Numbered from the stretch's first letter, positions 50,069-61,572 are shown. The stretch: DNA of 64,000 nucleotides from Promethearchaeota archaeon (GCA_048938105.1 JBHLMN010000002.1:160001-224000); one strand, 5' to 3'. The notes: a model not told the origin generated them from the sequence alone. Program-made: numbers and translations.

Positions 50069-53000
50069 TTTATAAACCTCCTTCTGGCTTTAGCAGTACG
50101 AATCACTGAAAAATAGACCAGTAACAAAATAACAACACTAAAAATATCAAACCCTGGAGAAGATCGGCTTTCAGTAATAGTGATCGTGATATCATCGAAG
50201 GCTAAGTTTCCAAATGTATCGTACACAATACATCGAAAATCATACGAACCTACTGTGAGGTTTGAGAAAATAAATGTGATTGATTGTCCATCCCAAATTT
50301 CATTAGCGATTTCTTCACCATTAATGATTAATATTATCACAAAATGGGAAGGATTAGGATCAGATGCTTCCCATATTATTTCTATATCCTCTCCTTCGGA
50401 AATTGAAACATCAGGTGGATTATCAATTGTGGGTGGTGTAATATCACCAATTACTGTCACAGTAACAGTTTTTGAAGCAGTATTTGCATAAAGATCCCAT
50501 GCAGTAAGGTTTACAGTGTATAATCCTACTGATAATTCATCAAGTGAGATATTAACTTGCTGATTTGGCTTTTTCCATTGAGTTTTCAAGATCTGATGGT
50601 TGTTTAGAAGAATTTTATAATAAGAGGGATGTTCATCATATAAATGAAACTGTAGGGAATTCCCAGTGGAACCCAAATTGAATTCTTGGTCTGGAGGTTG
50701 TGATATTTCAGGAGCAGTCATATCTAATTCGCTCATAGGGACAACCATTACTATAGCAATACTAGAAGCACTATTTCCTGATAAGTCCCACAATGTTAAA
50801 TTAAATAGCCAAATACCTACTGATAATGAATCAAAAGAGTACCGTATCAACCCTGATTCCCAGTAACTAGATTGGAAAATTACAGTTCCATTTTTAAGAA
50901 TCAAATAATACCCCGGGTGTTCATCACTTACTTCCCAAATGATTATGCCTCTAGCCCCCTCTCCAATATTTTGTTTCGCAGGTTGATTAACTATCGGTGA
51001 TTTTTCATCAGGTAATGGGGGAATTACTGTAAGAAGTACAATTGTTGAATTGTTGTTCCCTTTAAGATCCCAAACCGTTAAATTAATATACCAGAGGCCG
51101 ATAGTGAGACCATCCACACAAACAGTAATATTACCTCCATGCCAAGGAGCATACACTACTTCTTTATCGTTAAAAAGTATTTTATAGGCATAAGGATGAT
51201 CATCGTGACAGATCCATGTCAAATAATGTCCTTCAGTTCCTTCTTCATATTCTAAGAGTTCAGGAGTAACAATAAATGGTGGTTCAGAATCAGGTACTCG
51301 GGGGTACACTGTGATATTAACGATATCGAATATTGAGTTACCTGTCTCATCGAAGAGCGTACATTTGTATTCTGTTATTCCTACAGGAAGACCATCAAGA
51401 GAGATAATAATTTCATTCCCAAACCATGCTTGATCATATATTATCGTTTCATTTTGTGTAACAATGGCCCACCATGGAGATCGATTATCTGATCCTGACC
51501 ACATAATTGAATAACCAATACTTCCCTTCTCAAGAATAAGATCTTCTGGATGGGATATTGTAGGAGGGTCTACATCTGGAGTTGGAGGGTAAACGGTCAC
51601 CCATACTTCACTTGAAGCTGTTAAACCAGATCCATCCGTCACAACACAAGTGAAATTATGTAATCCAGGATCCAACCAATCTAACCAGATAAAAACGGTA
51701 TTTGTCCATTCTCCTTCTTTATATATAGTACCATTTCGATACACAGTATAACTGGAGGGATAAGCATCAGAACCAGTCCATAACAACGATTCCCCAGTAT
51801 CCCCATAAAATATTGATTGATTAGAGGGGGGATTTATCACAGGGGGAATAACATCAAGAACAGATACCTTTACTGAATCATTATCTTCATTCCAATCGAG
51901 ATCATAGACAAAACAATTGAAGGTATAAGTCCCCCATTTTAATCCATCAACATTAATTTCAATGGGATTGCCATCCCAGCCACCACCAACATAGAATTCA
52001 TTACCTAAGGTGACATTAAAATAGTTAGGATTATAATCACTGGCAATCCATATGATAGTATTGCCTGTAGAGGATTCTTCATAATCGACATCATTAGGAT
52101 TATCAATGATGGGAGAAGTTGTATCATTTACAGTTACTATGACGGTATCGCTAGAATGAGTATAAAAGTAATCATAGACATTACAAACATAGGTATAACT
52201 ACCCCGAGCTAATCCATTAATATCAATAAAAATCTCGGCACCGTCCCAAGTATCACCTACCACCAATTCTCCATTTCTCGTGATATTATAATAAGTTGGA
52301 GTGATATCAGAGGGAGACCAAGTGATATTATTGGCTGTTGAACCCTGTTCATAAGAAATATCATTCGGGTGGTCTATATTGGGGGGAGAAGTGTCAATTA
52401 ATAGAGAATTGGGGGAAGTAAATAATCCTAAATCTCCAGTAGAATCAATAGCTGCAATTCTCCAATACCATATACCATCACTCAAAGATATGGAAGGCAT
52501 ATAACTGGGTACACTGGTGGTTTCATTTATGAGGACAGGAGGGAGAAATGAAGAATCTGAATCTAATTGAAAAATATAATCTGTGGCATCTGCATAACTT
52601 TCCCACTCAAAAAAGGGTAAATTATAATTTATCGTTGTTTCATCCACAGGAGATAATGAAATGGGAGGATTAAATACAAATTTATAACTGAATGAAATTA
52701 AAGACATTGTTGGTCCTTTAAATGGATCAGATGTTGTAAAAATCGCTCTCCATCTAAGTTTAGAACCAAGATAAAGAAATGTATGAGGAATACCTACCGT
52801 TACTTCCTCCCAATGTGTACCAGCATCAGCAGAGAGGAAAAATGAAATAGAAGTACCAATGGGAATGATTGCTTCATCTCCCATAGGTTCGATAGTACAT
52901 TCTACAAAAGTTGCATTATCTGGAGAATAAATGGTGGTAGATTGACAAGTACCAGTAGGTAGGTATTGACGATGTTTATTTTTCTTAACTTCAATTATCT

Positions 53001-54987
53001 GCATATTATTTTGATCAGCAATAAAAGCAAAATCACCATCTATTGCTATTTCAAATGCATACCCAGGAGTATCATAAGCCTCCACAAGGGTTGGACTATA
53101 AGGATTGGTAATATTTATAATAAACATACCACTATCGTAATTTCCAATGTAGGCATAATCACCATCAACTGTGACTTGTTGAGCACCATCTGGGGTGTTA
53201 TATGATCCTATATACACGGGGTCATTAGCTGGATCTTGAACACGAAAGACTTGTAATCCAGTATACCAATCAGCTACATACGCATAATCACCAACCACTC
53301 TAATATCCCGAATCGCGCTAGATGTTAATAACGAGCCAATCAATTCTGGATTAGTTGGATCCGTTATGTTTACCACTCTAATTCCAACAATGTCATCTAC
53401 AACATACGCATAATTCCCTGCAATATCTAAGCTAAATGCATAATCAATATCAGTATAAGAACCCACTAAAACAGGATTGTTAAGATCTGTGATATTTATT
53501 ACTTGCAATCCTCCTTCATAATCCGCTAGATACGCATAATTTCCAGAAACTACAACATCTTGAGCGATGTTTGCCGTTAGACATGAACTCCTTAAAATAG
53601 GATTGGTAGGATCTGAAATGTCGATAATTTGTAACCCTTCTTGCCTGCTTGCGGCAAGTAAGTGGTTTCCATGTTTTGTTAATTTCATGGGGCTACTTGA
53701 CGTATCACAAGATCCAATAACTATAGGATTCACTGGATTTTCAATATTTAACACCTTAATGCTAGTAGAAGAATCACTACAGACATAGGCATAATCACCA
53801 TCTACTACAATTGATTTAAAGAGTCCTGATGTACCCCCATCAGTTCCAATAAAAGAGGGTGGAACAGGATCACTAATTTTTACAATTTGTAATCCAAGAT
53901 CTGTATCAGTAATGTAAGCGCAATTACCTTCTATTGCTAAATCAGTTACAGGTGTCCATACATCAGAATACATATCAACTACTATTGGATTTACTGGATC
54001 TGAAATTTCTACAACTGACATTCCAGATGACGCTATAGTAGTATATGCATAATTACCTTTAATTTCTACAGCCCAAGCAGTTCCTATATCACAAGATCCA
54101 ACCAGTATTGGATTGGAAGGGTTAGAGATATCCGCCACTTGTAATTTATCATCATCTGCTATAAAAGCATAATCACCAGCTACTGCGACATCTCTAGCTG
54201 AAGAAGTACTACATGTACCAGCTAATATTGGATTTCTAGGATTGGCAATATTTATTATTTGTAAACCAACGTTGAGTTTAACTAGATAAGCATAATCACC
54301 AGCAACTTCAATCCCTCCAGAATTTCCAGCGGTGTTATATGCACTAATCAAAGACGGATTTGCAGCATCAGTAATATTTATTATCTGGATTCCACCTCCA
54401 TCATAACCTGTAACAAATACTATATTTCCATCAACGAAGACATCATAAGCAGTACCAGGGGTGTCATAAGTGCTGATAATTGTTGGAGAAGCAACAATAT
54501 CAACAATTTGTAGCCCCTGATCTCCATCTGCAATGAATGCATGGTGACCAGATACTGCTACATTTTGAGCAAATCCAGATGTATTGCATGTCCAAGTTAG
54601 AACTGGAGTTGACGGATCTGTAATATTAAGAATTTGAAGTCCCTGATTTCCATCAGCGATATAGGCATAATTTCCATCTATAGCCACACCATTCGTATCT
54701 CCAGGAAGGTTATATTGAGCTATTAATTCAGGATGCCTTGGAGGAAGCTTTATCACACCTGATGGAGACCCCCATCCTACTGTACTGGTGTTTGCTGAAT
54801 CTTCATATATAGTTGTAGTGAAATTCTCTGTAAACGTACCTGAATACCCTTTTACGGGTTTTATTCTTAATGGGGATGTAAATGGTATTAAAACTAATGT
54901 CATAAATAATATACCAAGTAAAACTCTACCCCTCAAATATACTTTCATTTTCTTATCAGAATTTAAGTCCTTATTCAAATTTCTCAA
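50065..54987 (-). CDS. Giant cell-surface protein: LVIVD beta-propeller repeats, Ig-like repeats and PGF-CTERM-like anchor
   Basis: About 14 V-x-G-x-YAYxAD...GLQIINIxDPxNP repeats; Ig repeats; SSPGF-TM-RRR. Confidence 0.9.
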   Translation of the reverse strand: MRNLNKDLNSDKKMKVYLRGRVLLGILFMTLVLIPFTSPLRIKPVKGYSGTFTENFTTTIYEDSANTSTVGWGSPSGVIKLPPRHPELIAQYNLPGDTNGVAIDGNYAYIADGNQGLQILNITDPSTPVLTWTCNTSGFAQNVAVSGHHAFIADGDQGLQIVDIVASPTIISTYDTPGTAYDVFVDGNIVFVTGYDGGGIQIINITDAANPSLISAYNTAGNSGGIEVAGDYAYLVKLNVGLQIINIANPRNPILAGTCSTSSARDVAVAGDYAFIADDDKLQVADISNPSNPILVGSCDIGTAWAVEIKGNYAYTTIASSGMSVVEISDPVNPIVVDMYSDVWTPVTDLAIEGNCAYITDTDLGLQIVKISDPVPPSFIGTDGGTSGLFKSIVVDGDYAYVCSDSSTSIKVLNIENPVNPIVIGSCDTSSSPMKLTKHGNHLLAASRQEGLQIIDISDPTNPILRSSCLTANIAQDVVVSGNYAYLADYEGGLQVINITDLNNPVLVGSYTDIDYAFSLDIAGNYAYVVDDIVGIRVVNITDPTNPELIGSLLTSSAIRDIRVVGDYAYVADWYTGLQVFRVQDPANDPVYIGSYNTPDGAQQVTVDGDYAYIGNYDSGMFIINITNPYSPTLVEAYDTPGYAFEIAIDGDFAFIADQNNMQIIEVKKNKHRQYLPTGTCQSTTIYSPDNATFVECTIEPMGDEAIIPIGTSISFFLSADAGTHWEEVTVGIPHTFLYLGSKLRWRAIFTTSDPFKGPTMSLISFSYKFVFNPPISLSPVDETTINYNLPFFEWESYADATDYIFQLDSDSSFLPPVLINETTSVPSYMPSISLSDGIWYWRIAAIDSTGDLGLFTSPNSLLIDTSPPNIDHPNDISYEQGSTANNITWSPSDITPTYYNITRNGELVVGDTWDGAEIFIDINGLARGSYTYVCNVYDYFYTHSSDTVIVTVNDTTSPIIDNPNDVDYEESSTGNTIIWIASDYNPNYFNVTLGNEFYVGGGWDGNPIEINVDGLKWGTYTFNCFVYDLDWNEDNDSVKVSVLDVIPPVINPPSNQSIFYGDTGESLLWTGSDAYPSSYTVYRNGTIYKEGEWTNTVFIWLDWLDPGLHNFTCVVTDGSGLTASSEVWVTVYPPTPDVDPPTISHPEDLILEKGSIGYSIMWSGSDNRSPWWAIVTQNETIIYDQAWFGNEIIISLDGLPVGITEYKCTLFDETGNSIFDIVNITVYPRVPDSEPPFIVTPELLEYEEGTEGHYLTWICHDDHPYAYKILFNDKEVVYAPWHGGNITVCVDGLTIGLWYINLTVWDLKGNNNSTIVLLTVIPPLPDEKSPIVNQPAKQNIGEGARGIIIWEVSDEHPGYYLILKNGTVIFQSSYWESGLIRYSFDSLSVGIWLFNLTLWDLSGNSASSIAIVMVVPMSELDMTAPEISQPPDQEFNLGSTGNSLQFHLYDEHPSYYKILLNNHQILKTQWKKPNQQVNISLDELSVGLYTVNLTAWDLYANTASKTVTVTVIGDITPPTIDNPPDVSISEGEDIEIIWEASDPNPSHFVIILIINGEEIANEIWDGQSITFIFSNLTVGSYDFRCIVYDTFGNLAFDDITITITESRSSPGFDIFSVVILLLVYFSVIRTAKARRRFIK

Positions 54988-55674
54988 CCAATAATCTCAT
55001 TTTAAGAAAAATCCGATTTTTCCTCTTTATTCAATTACAACACTCAAAAATTTTTCTCATATTTATGATTTTGCATTGTAAAACGCATCTACTGTGTAAA
55101 AAAACGGTTTTTTTCAAAATCATTCAAACAAAAATAATATTACAGGCGTTAATTCTTGTTTATTGATTCTAAAGATTAAAACTTCCAATTATACGAGATA
55201 ACCAAACTTTAAATGGCAGGAATTCATCTATTTTCTGAGATCTGTTAAGAACTTAGAGAAATGATCAATCAAAAGCATGACTTTAGAGAAAGTAGAAAGT
55301 TAAGTAAATTCACTATTGTCTATGAAAATATATAAGGGAGAATGGCTTCTAAAAAAAGAGGAAATCTTCCAAAAAAGAAAGAAACTTGGTACAAACCAAG
55401 ACTTCAGGGAAGTTTTTTCTCCATTTATTCATCCATATCTCTGACTTCTATGGGGATTGAGGGATCGACAATCCCTAAGAAGAATATTATTAAAATACCA
55501 GCACTACAACTCGCCTCAATGTTTTCTGGATCAACCTCATAAGGTGAATTCCTGAATCTTGCTTTTTTATCATAGAAAATTGTAGAAATCACTCCTAATT
55601 GTTTAAGTATCAAAAATTCCTTATCTGTTATCAAGTGGTACTCATTTGAAATTGAAAGAAATGGAGAAAAGAAC

Positions 55675-56469
55675 TTGTCTCACATGCCTCTGTTTGCTGG
55701 AATAGATGTTGGTTCATCATTCACAAAAGTGGTGGTAATCGATCAATCAAAAAATATTTATGGAACAGATATTCGTTTTTCTGGAACAAATTTGCGTAAT
55801 ACTGCTGAACAAAGTCTGTATACAGCTCTACAAAATAACAATCTAGAATCTAGGATCAAGGGAATAGTAGCGACTGGATACGGAAGAAGAAATGTTCAAA
55901 TTGATGAACAAACTATTTCTACAATCACTGAGATCAGTTGTAATGCCAAGGCTGCCCAGTTTTATTATCCAAATAAAGAATTATCAATTATTGATATTGG
56001 TGGACAAGATACAAAGATCATCAAAACAAAAGATGGAAAGCGAACAAATTTTAAAATGAACCGAAAATGTGCTGCTGGTACTGGGATGTTCTTAGAAGAA
56101 CTCGCGCTGAAATTGAGGATTCAACCAAACGATCTTAATATTTTAGCAAGTGAATCTTCAAATCCAACATCAATCAGCAGTTACTGTACAGTGTTTGCAG
56201 CGACTGAGATTCTCAGTCGAATCAGAGAAGGCGAGACTATGGAAGATTTGGTTCGAGGCGCTTTTCATTCTGTTGTCAAACGTGTCATGGAAATTGATGT
56301 CCTTGAAAATGAGGTTGTTTTAACTGGAGGGGTGATAGCTCACAATTCTATCATTGTTGATATTTTTGAAGAAGAGCTAGGTAGATCTGTATCTGTACCC
56401 CCTTCCCCTCAGCTATTTGTCGCCGTAGGTGCTGCATTATATGCTTTGGAAGAAGGTACATCTGTTTAG
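55675..56469 (+). CDS. Acyl-CoA dehydratase activase (HgdC/BadF family ATPase)
   Basis: GIDVGSSFTK, ATGYGR, IDIGGQDTK, KCAAGTG, SYCTVFA and LTGG. Confidence 0.92.
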   Translation: MSHMPLFAGIDVGSSFTKVVVIDQSKNIYGTDIRFSGTNLRNTAEQSLYTALQNNNLESRIKGIVATGYGRRNVQIDEQTISTITEISCNAKAAQFYYPNKELSIIDIGGQDTKIIKTKDGKRTNFKMNRKCAAGTGMFLEELALKLRIQPNDLNILASESSNPTSISSYCTVFAATEILSRIREGETMEDLVRGAFHSVVKRVMEIDVLENEVVLTGGVIAHNSIIVDIFEEELGRSVSVPPSPQLFVAVGAALYALEEGTSV

Positions 56470-56797
56470 AGGTTGGATTATTGTTAACTACAGTTATCGA
56501 TGAACAAAAAAGATCTCTGAAGAGCTTGATATGTACAAAGATCAGATTAAAAGTAATACTCCAATCCAAGAAAGACTTCAAGCATTAAAATTAGAAGTAT
56601 ATTTAAAGGAAGCAAAAAAAATAGTTGATATATCCAGGGAAGGAAAATTCACTTAATTGCCTAGATAATAATTGAGGATTTCGGAACTTAATTCTGAAGT
56701 CTTAAATATTCCGTAAAGGGTAGACATATAAAAATATTAATTCATTTTTCTCTCTGCATACATTTTTCATATATTAGAAGTAAGGTGAAAGAAAAAT

Positions 56798-57169
56798 ATG
56801 GCCTATAAAATGGATAGAGAACGAATTGATCCGACTCACGTAATGGTATCAACCACTGATGGAGTTCCAGGCTTTGAAATTGTCCAATATCTTGGAATCG
56901 CATTTGGAATCACAGTTAGAGCAAGAGGCCTTGGTGGTCGATGTATTGGAGGATGTGAAGCTTGTTTCGGTGGAGAAGTCACAGCGTATACACAAAGTGC
57001 TGTAGAAGCTCGGAATGACGCTATATTTCGATTATGTACAGATGTAGCGGAGCGGGGGGGGAATGGCGTTATTGGAGTGAAGTTTGATTCATCAAGATCA
57101 GGGCAAGATGCCTCAATGACAGACATAGTTGCTTATGGCACTGCAGTTCGTGTACGGCCAAAAGGATAA
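56798..57169 (+). CDS. YbjQ/UPF0145 family protein
   Basis: STTDGVPG, GGEVTAY, GGNGVIGVKFD and AYGTAV. Confidence 0.9.
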   Translation: MAYKMDRERIDPTHVMVSTTDGVPGFEIVQYLGIAFGITVRARGLGGRCIGGCEACFGGEVTAYTQSAVEARNDAIFRLCTDVAERGGNGVIGVKFDSSRSGQDASMTDIVAYGTAVRVRPKG

Positions 57170-57180
57170 GGATCTGTAGG

Positions 57181-57876
57181 TTGATACTATCAAATAACGC
57201 GTTTATAAAGATGTTACCAAAGAATAATCGTTTCTATCTCTATAAACGTTATCTGCAGATTTTACTCCCTTTTCATTTTGCACATCATCCTTTATGCTCT
57301 GATTATCGTCAAGAAGTATTTCATATCGGTAGTTGGTTCATCTGTAGAGGATGTATATGGACATATAGTTCAGCGTTGATTACACTATTAGTGACTTCAC
57401 TGATAGATCCATTTAGTAACTTTTCGTTATTTGAAGTCTTCTTGATTGTTTTAGGAGTTATTAGTCCCGCTTGGATTGGATTAGTTCATTCCTTTCATAG
57501 TCGTATGATCAAAGATGTTATTAGAATCTCTCTGGGTGTTGGGTGGGGAATAGCATTGGCTGAACTTTGGTTAGTCAAGCTTTGGATTGATAAGATCATA
57601 ATATTTCTGTTTATAATTATGTTTTTAGTAGTTTTTCAAAGAATGAAGCGTTTACAATCAAGTAAAAACGAGATGAAGCTGTGTAAAGATTGTTCAGAAT
57701 TGACTGAAAATGCTTGTTTAGATTTCAAAAAACAGTTTGAGGCAGAACGTCTCTACAGTCGTGAAATTAGCGATTTGTTGCAACAGAAATTAAACTGGGA
57801 TGACATCAAGAATGCATTACCACAACCCACAAGTCCTCAGAGTGAAAGTAAAAATTCCTATCTGGATATAGAATGA
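57181..57876 (+). CDS. Membrane protein with Cys/His motifs (DUF2085-like)
   Basis: AHHPLC and FICRGC followed by TM segments; C-terminal CKDC...C. Confidence 0.65.
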   Translation: MILSNNAFIKMLPKNNRFYLYKRYLQILLPFHFAHHPLCSDYRQEVFHIGSWFICRGCIWTYSSALITLLVTSLIDPFSNFSLFEVFLIVLGVISPAWIGLVHSFHSRMIKDVIRISLGVGWGIALAELWLVKLWIDKIIIFLFIIMFLVVFQRMKRLQSSKNEMKLCKDCSELTENACLDFKKQFEAERLYSREISDLLQQKLNWDDIKNALPQPTSPQSESKNSYLDIE

Positions 57877-58057
57877 AACAATCACAATTACGTAAGCCTT
57901 GGGGGAATATATCTCTTTTTTGATTATAATTAGAGTTAGTGTCAAAAACTTATTATTAATAAATAGAAAATAATCCTCTGTTCTTGTTAAATGAATTTTC
58001 ATTCCACAACGTTAAAATGATTCTTATATAACGGATGAAAAGCTTGAGGGTTACATT

Positions 58058-58999
58058 TTGACAGATAAAGATTATAAAGTTGCTATAATAGGAGCAGGTC
58101 CATCAGGTGGTATTCTTGGTTCTTTTCTCGCGAAAAAGGGCATTGATGTGACATTAGTAGACATTTGGAAGGCGCACGTGGAAGCAATCAGAGATTATGG
58201 GCTCCAAATTATTGGGGCTGCTACAATCACTGCTCAATTTGATTCTGATCACTTAAAACTATCTGTTTCTGAATTAAAAGATACTGATGTGAATCTTGTT
58301 ATTATCTCAGTAAAAACCCCCTATTTAGAACGAGTAGTTCAAGATCTTAAGCTGGTTATTTCTGATGATACCGATGTGGTTAGTCACCAAAATGGATTTG
58401 GAACAGAAAAGGTACTCGCGGACGCATTTGGTGAAGAACGAGCGTTTCGGGATGTGATTAATTATGCTGGGAATGTGTTAAGACCTGGTATTATTGATAT
58501 GACTTTTTTTAATCCTCCAAACTATGTTGGAGCATTTTCACCTAGAAACCAGGACAAAGCTCGTGTAATAGCAGAATTAATATCCTCACCTGACTTTGCA
58601 ACAGAAGCTGTAGAGGATATTCAGCCTGAAGTGTGGAAGAAGGTTATCTTAAATGCAGCTCTTGCACCAGTGTGCGCAATCACTGGTCAAACAATGAGAG
58701 AGGCAATGGAATTCGAAGACACGAATAATGTGGCCAGCCAAATTATCAAAGAGGGAATTGCTGTAACTGAAGCTCTGGGAATTTCTTTTGGAGCCAATTT
58801 CCATGATATTTGCATGGGTTATCTCTCTAAAGGCGGCCATCATAAGCCAAGTATGTTGATAGACATTGAGAATCGAAGCCCAACTGAAATAGCATTCATA
58901 AATGGTAAAATTGTTGAGCTTGGAAAACAATACAATATTCCTGTCCCCTATAATGAAGCTACTGTAACTTATATACGTGCTTTGGAGTCGAAATATTAA
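58058..58999 (+). CDS. panE: 2-dehydropantoate 2-reductase
   Basis: IIGAGPSG, SVK, QNGFG, WKKVILN, PSMLID and TEIAFING. Confidence 0.88.
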   Translation: MTDKDYKVAIIGAGPSGGILGSFLAKKGIDVTLVDIWKAHVEAIRDYGLQIIGAATITAQFDSDHLKLSVSELKDTDVNLVIISVKTPYLERVVQDLKLVISDDTDVVSHQNGFGTEKVLADAFGEERAFRDVINYAGNVLRPGIIDMTFFNPPNYVGAFSPRNQDKARVIAELISSPDFATEAVEDIQPEVWKKVILNAALAPVCAITGQTMREAMEFEDTNNVASQIIKEGIAVTEALGISFGANFHDICMGYLSKGGHHKPSMLIDIENRSPTEIAFINGKIVELGKQYNIPVPYNEATVTYIRALESKY

Positions 59000-59181
59000 T
59001 TTCTTACGACCATTCTCCTCTATTTAGTGTTTACTTAACTTTTGAAAGTTAGAGTTGTAGATTGTCAACTTTGTCCTATTGATATTATTGTTTACAATTA
59101 ATACTTTCTATGATCTCCTATATGTTTATAGTTTAAAGATAACGAATAAAAGTAAGAAACAGATTATCAGAGGTAAGATGA

Positions 59182-59850
59182 ATGAAGCTTGGTGAATTCA
59201 CAGAAGAACAGATTATTGCACTAGCTCGAAAGGCATACGAGGAAGGAGATGCAGGTTTTGAAATAGTGGAAGAGAAATGTGCCCTTCTTGTAATTGATAT
59301 GGAAGATGAGTTTGTTAAACCTCATTGGACACCTTTTTGGGTTCCAGAAGCCACCCTCCAGGTGGAGAAAATAAAAACATTAATAACACATTGTAGGGAT
59401 AAAAATATTCCAGTTATTTTTACTGCTTCTGCATATACCCATTTTCGACTTGATCGTCCAGCTACTGGAGATTTGATGCCTAATAGGTATCCAGAATTGG
59501 GGGTAGAGGATCCTTCTATATTCAGAGATGGACGTATTGTACAAGAGTTGGCACCTCTAGCAGAGGAGATAGTAATTTACAAACCCTCCTATGGAGCTTT
59601 TTATGAAACTCCATTAGAAACAATTCTTCGAAACTTGAAGAAAGATACCATCATTATTTGTGGAACTCTTACAAATTATTGCTGTGGCATGACTGCACGA
59701 CAGGGGTACGAAAGGGGTTTTAAAGTCGTTGTAGGAAGTGATGTAACTTCAACTAATGATAAAACATTACACGAAGCAGAACTAAAAGTACTCAGAGCAG
59801 GATTTGCTCGAGTTCTCACTTCGGATGATATTATCAAAGTATTGAGTTAA
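59182..59850 (+). CDS. Cysteine hydrolase (isochorismatase family)
   Basis: LLVIDMEDEF, KPSYGAF and GTLTNYCC. Confidence 0.88.
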   Translation: MKLGEFTEEQIIALARKAYEEGDAGFEIVEEKCALLVIDMEDEFVKPHWTPFWVPEATLQVEKIKTLITHCRDKNIPVIFTASAYTHFRLDRPATGDLMPNRYPELGVEDPSIFRDGRIVQELAPLAEEIVIYKPSYGAFYETPLETILRNLKKDTIIICGTLTNYCCGMTARQGYERGFKVVVGSDVTSTNDKTLHEAELKVLRAGFARVLTSDDIIKVLS

Positions 59851-59930
59851 ATCAAGCCTTTCTTTTATATCTTAGAATAATACTTATATTTTCTAGTTGC
59901 ATTAAAAATACCTAGTGAGAGATAGTACGA

Positions 59931-60746
59931 ATGAAAGTCAGTTTTCGAGAAACCAAGAGTATTATCACAAAAAGTAATATCCCCTCGATTGATTATGTTA
60001 TTAATCCTTACATTGGATGTCAGCATGGGTGTGTTTATTGCTATGCTGAATTTATGATTAGATTTACTGGTCATAAAGGTGATAGATGGGGAGAATTTTT
60101 AGATGTAAAGGAGTTTAATATTGATAAGATAAAGCCTGAGAAATATCAAGGAAAGAGGATTTTACTCAGTTCTGTAACTGATCCTTATATACCTTTAGAG
60201 AAGAAGTATCAAAATACTCGCCAAATTCTAGAAAGACTTGTTGGGACTGATGCAGTAATCTCTATTCTTACAAAATCAAAATTGGTTGTTAGAGATATTG
60301 ATTTATTTAAAAAATTTAAAAATATTCAAGTTGGAATCTCAATAAGCACATTAGATGCAACTTTTGCGAGAAAAATTGAGCGGGGAGCATCGAAACCTTT
60401 GGATCGTTTAGAAGCCATCAGAACCGTCTCTGAAGCAGGGATAAGAACGTATACTTTCATTTCTCCATTTTTCCCAGAGATTACTGATTATAAATCGATA
60501 ATTGAAGAATCTGTAAAATATACTCATAATTATATGTTTGAGAATCTGAACTTCAGACCCCATAATGTCCCGCGGATTATGAATGTTATCAAAGATAATT
60601 ATCCCAAATTAATCCCTAAATACCAAGAAATTCGTAAAGATAGAACCTACTGGGATATTATAGAAACAGAGATCAGGGAATATTGTGAAAAAAGGGGTCT
60701 CGATTATTCAATTGAATTTCATCATGGGGGATTCTCCAAAAGTTAA
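59931..60746 (+). CDS. Radical SAM protein, SPL-like (Rv2578c-type)
   Basis: INPYIGCQHGCVYCYA, SSVTDPY, ILTKS and RDID. Confidence 0.9.
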   Translation: MKVSFRETKSIITKSNIPSIDYVINPYIGCQHGCVYCYAEFMIRFTGHKGDRWGEFLDVKEFNIDKIKPEKYQGKRILLSSVTDPYIPLEKKYQNTRQILERLVGTDAVISILTKSKLVVRDIDLFKKFKNIQVGISISTLDATFARKIERGASKPLDRLEAIRTVSEAGIRTYTFISPFFPEITDYKSIIEESVKYTHNYMFENLNFRPHNVPRIMNVIKDNYPKLIPKYQEIRKDRTYWDIIETEIREYCEKRGLDYSIEFHHGGFSKS

Positions 60747-60764
60747 GCCTCGCCATCTAACAAT

Positions 60765-61394
60765 TCATAATTTCACTAGAAAGACTAAAAATCCAGATAA
60801 AATACAAGTGATTGCTAATAAGGTAGTTATATTATCAGGAAAGACTATACCAATTCCAAGCGATACAATAACAATCAATAAGACTAGAAATAGTGCACGA
60901 TTACGACCAGTTTGACGAAAAAGAAAGAAAACTAGTGGCAAACCAACCAGCGTTATCCCAATTGGAAGAATGAGATCGATATATTCAGGAACGAGCAATG
61001 CAGTTCCAAAAGTGAGAATAACGAGCGCTAGTGAAATGAAAAGGGAATAATCTTGTTCTGAAGCTCTGGAAATTAGATATACAATCAATAAACCAAGGAT
61101 CATGATCACGACTGGTAATATAATAGATGCTTCCTCAGGGGAAATCAAATCAGGGATTATTGCACTCACTCCTAAAAGAATGTAAAAGATACTAAAGACA
61201 ATAGGCAGGAGACGAATCAATCTAGATAATTTAGAACGCTTCACCTTGAAAGAGAAAACTTCATGATCTAGATCTTCCTTTGTCATATCATTTTTAGGTT
61301 GAATCCTTGATTTCACAGCGAAACTTTGAGTACAAGCTACACAAAAAACAGCCCCGTCTTCAATTTGTTTCCCACATTTCTCACAATTACCCAT
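60765..61394 (-). CDS. Zinc-ribbon membrane protein
   Basis: CEKCG...FCVAC followed by about 6 TM segments. Confidence 0.75.
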   Translation of the reverse strand: MGNCEKCGKQIEDGAVFCVACTQSFAVKSRIQPKNDMTKEDLDHEVFSFKVKRSKLSRLIRLLPIVFSIFYILLGVSAIIPDLISPEEASIILPVVIMILGLLIVYLISRASEQDYSLFISLALVILTFGTALLVPEYIDLILPIGITLVGLPLVFFLFRQTGRNRALFLVLLIVIVSLGIGIVFPDNITTLLAITCILSGFLVFLVKL

Positions 61395-61572
61395 TTGTTA
61401 GTCACCCTTTAACAAGGAAACGTATAAAAAGAATCAAATCCTTTAACCTTTATTCTCTTTCGGAAATAAGTAAATATATGAATAAATACCAGGATGGATA
61501 GCACAGACTGTAAGGAATAGAATTTGTTGTTGTCAATCGCAGCAAATCTCCTTCTAAAGGTGTGAAATTTCA

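Noticed and set aside
55260-55640. Short ORFs 55342-55542 (+) and 55425-55634 (-)
   Set aside because: Overlapping, short and without recognisable motifs; probably gene debris at the edge of the surface-protein cassette.
56470-56660. Possible small or frameshifted ORF after the activase
   Set aside because: Only about 40-50 codons and dependent on a homopolymer change; no motif support.
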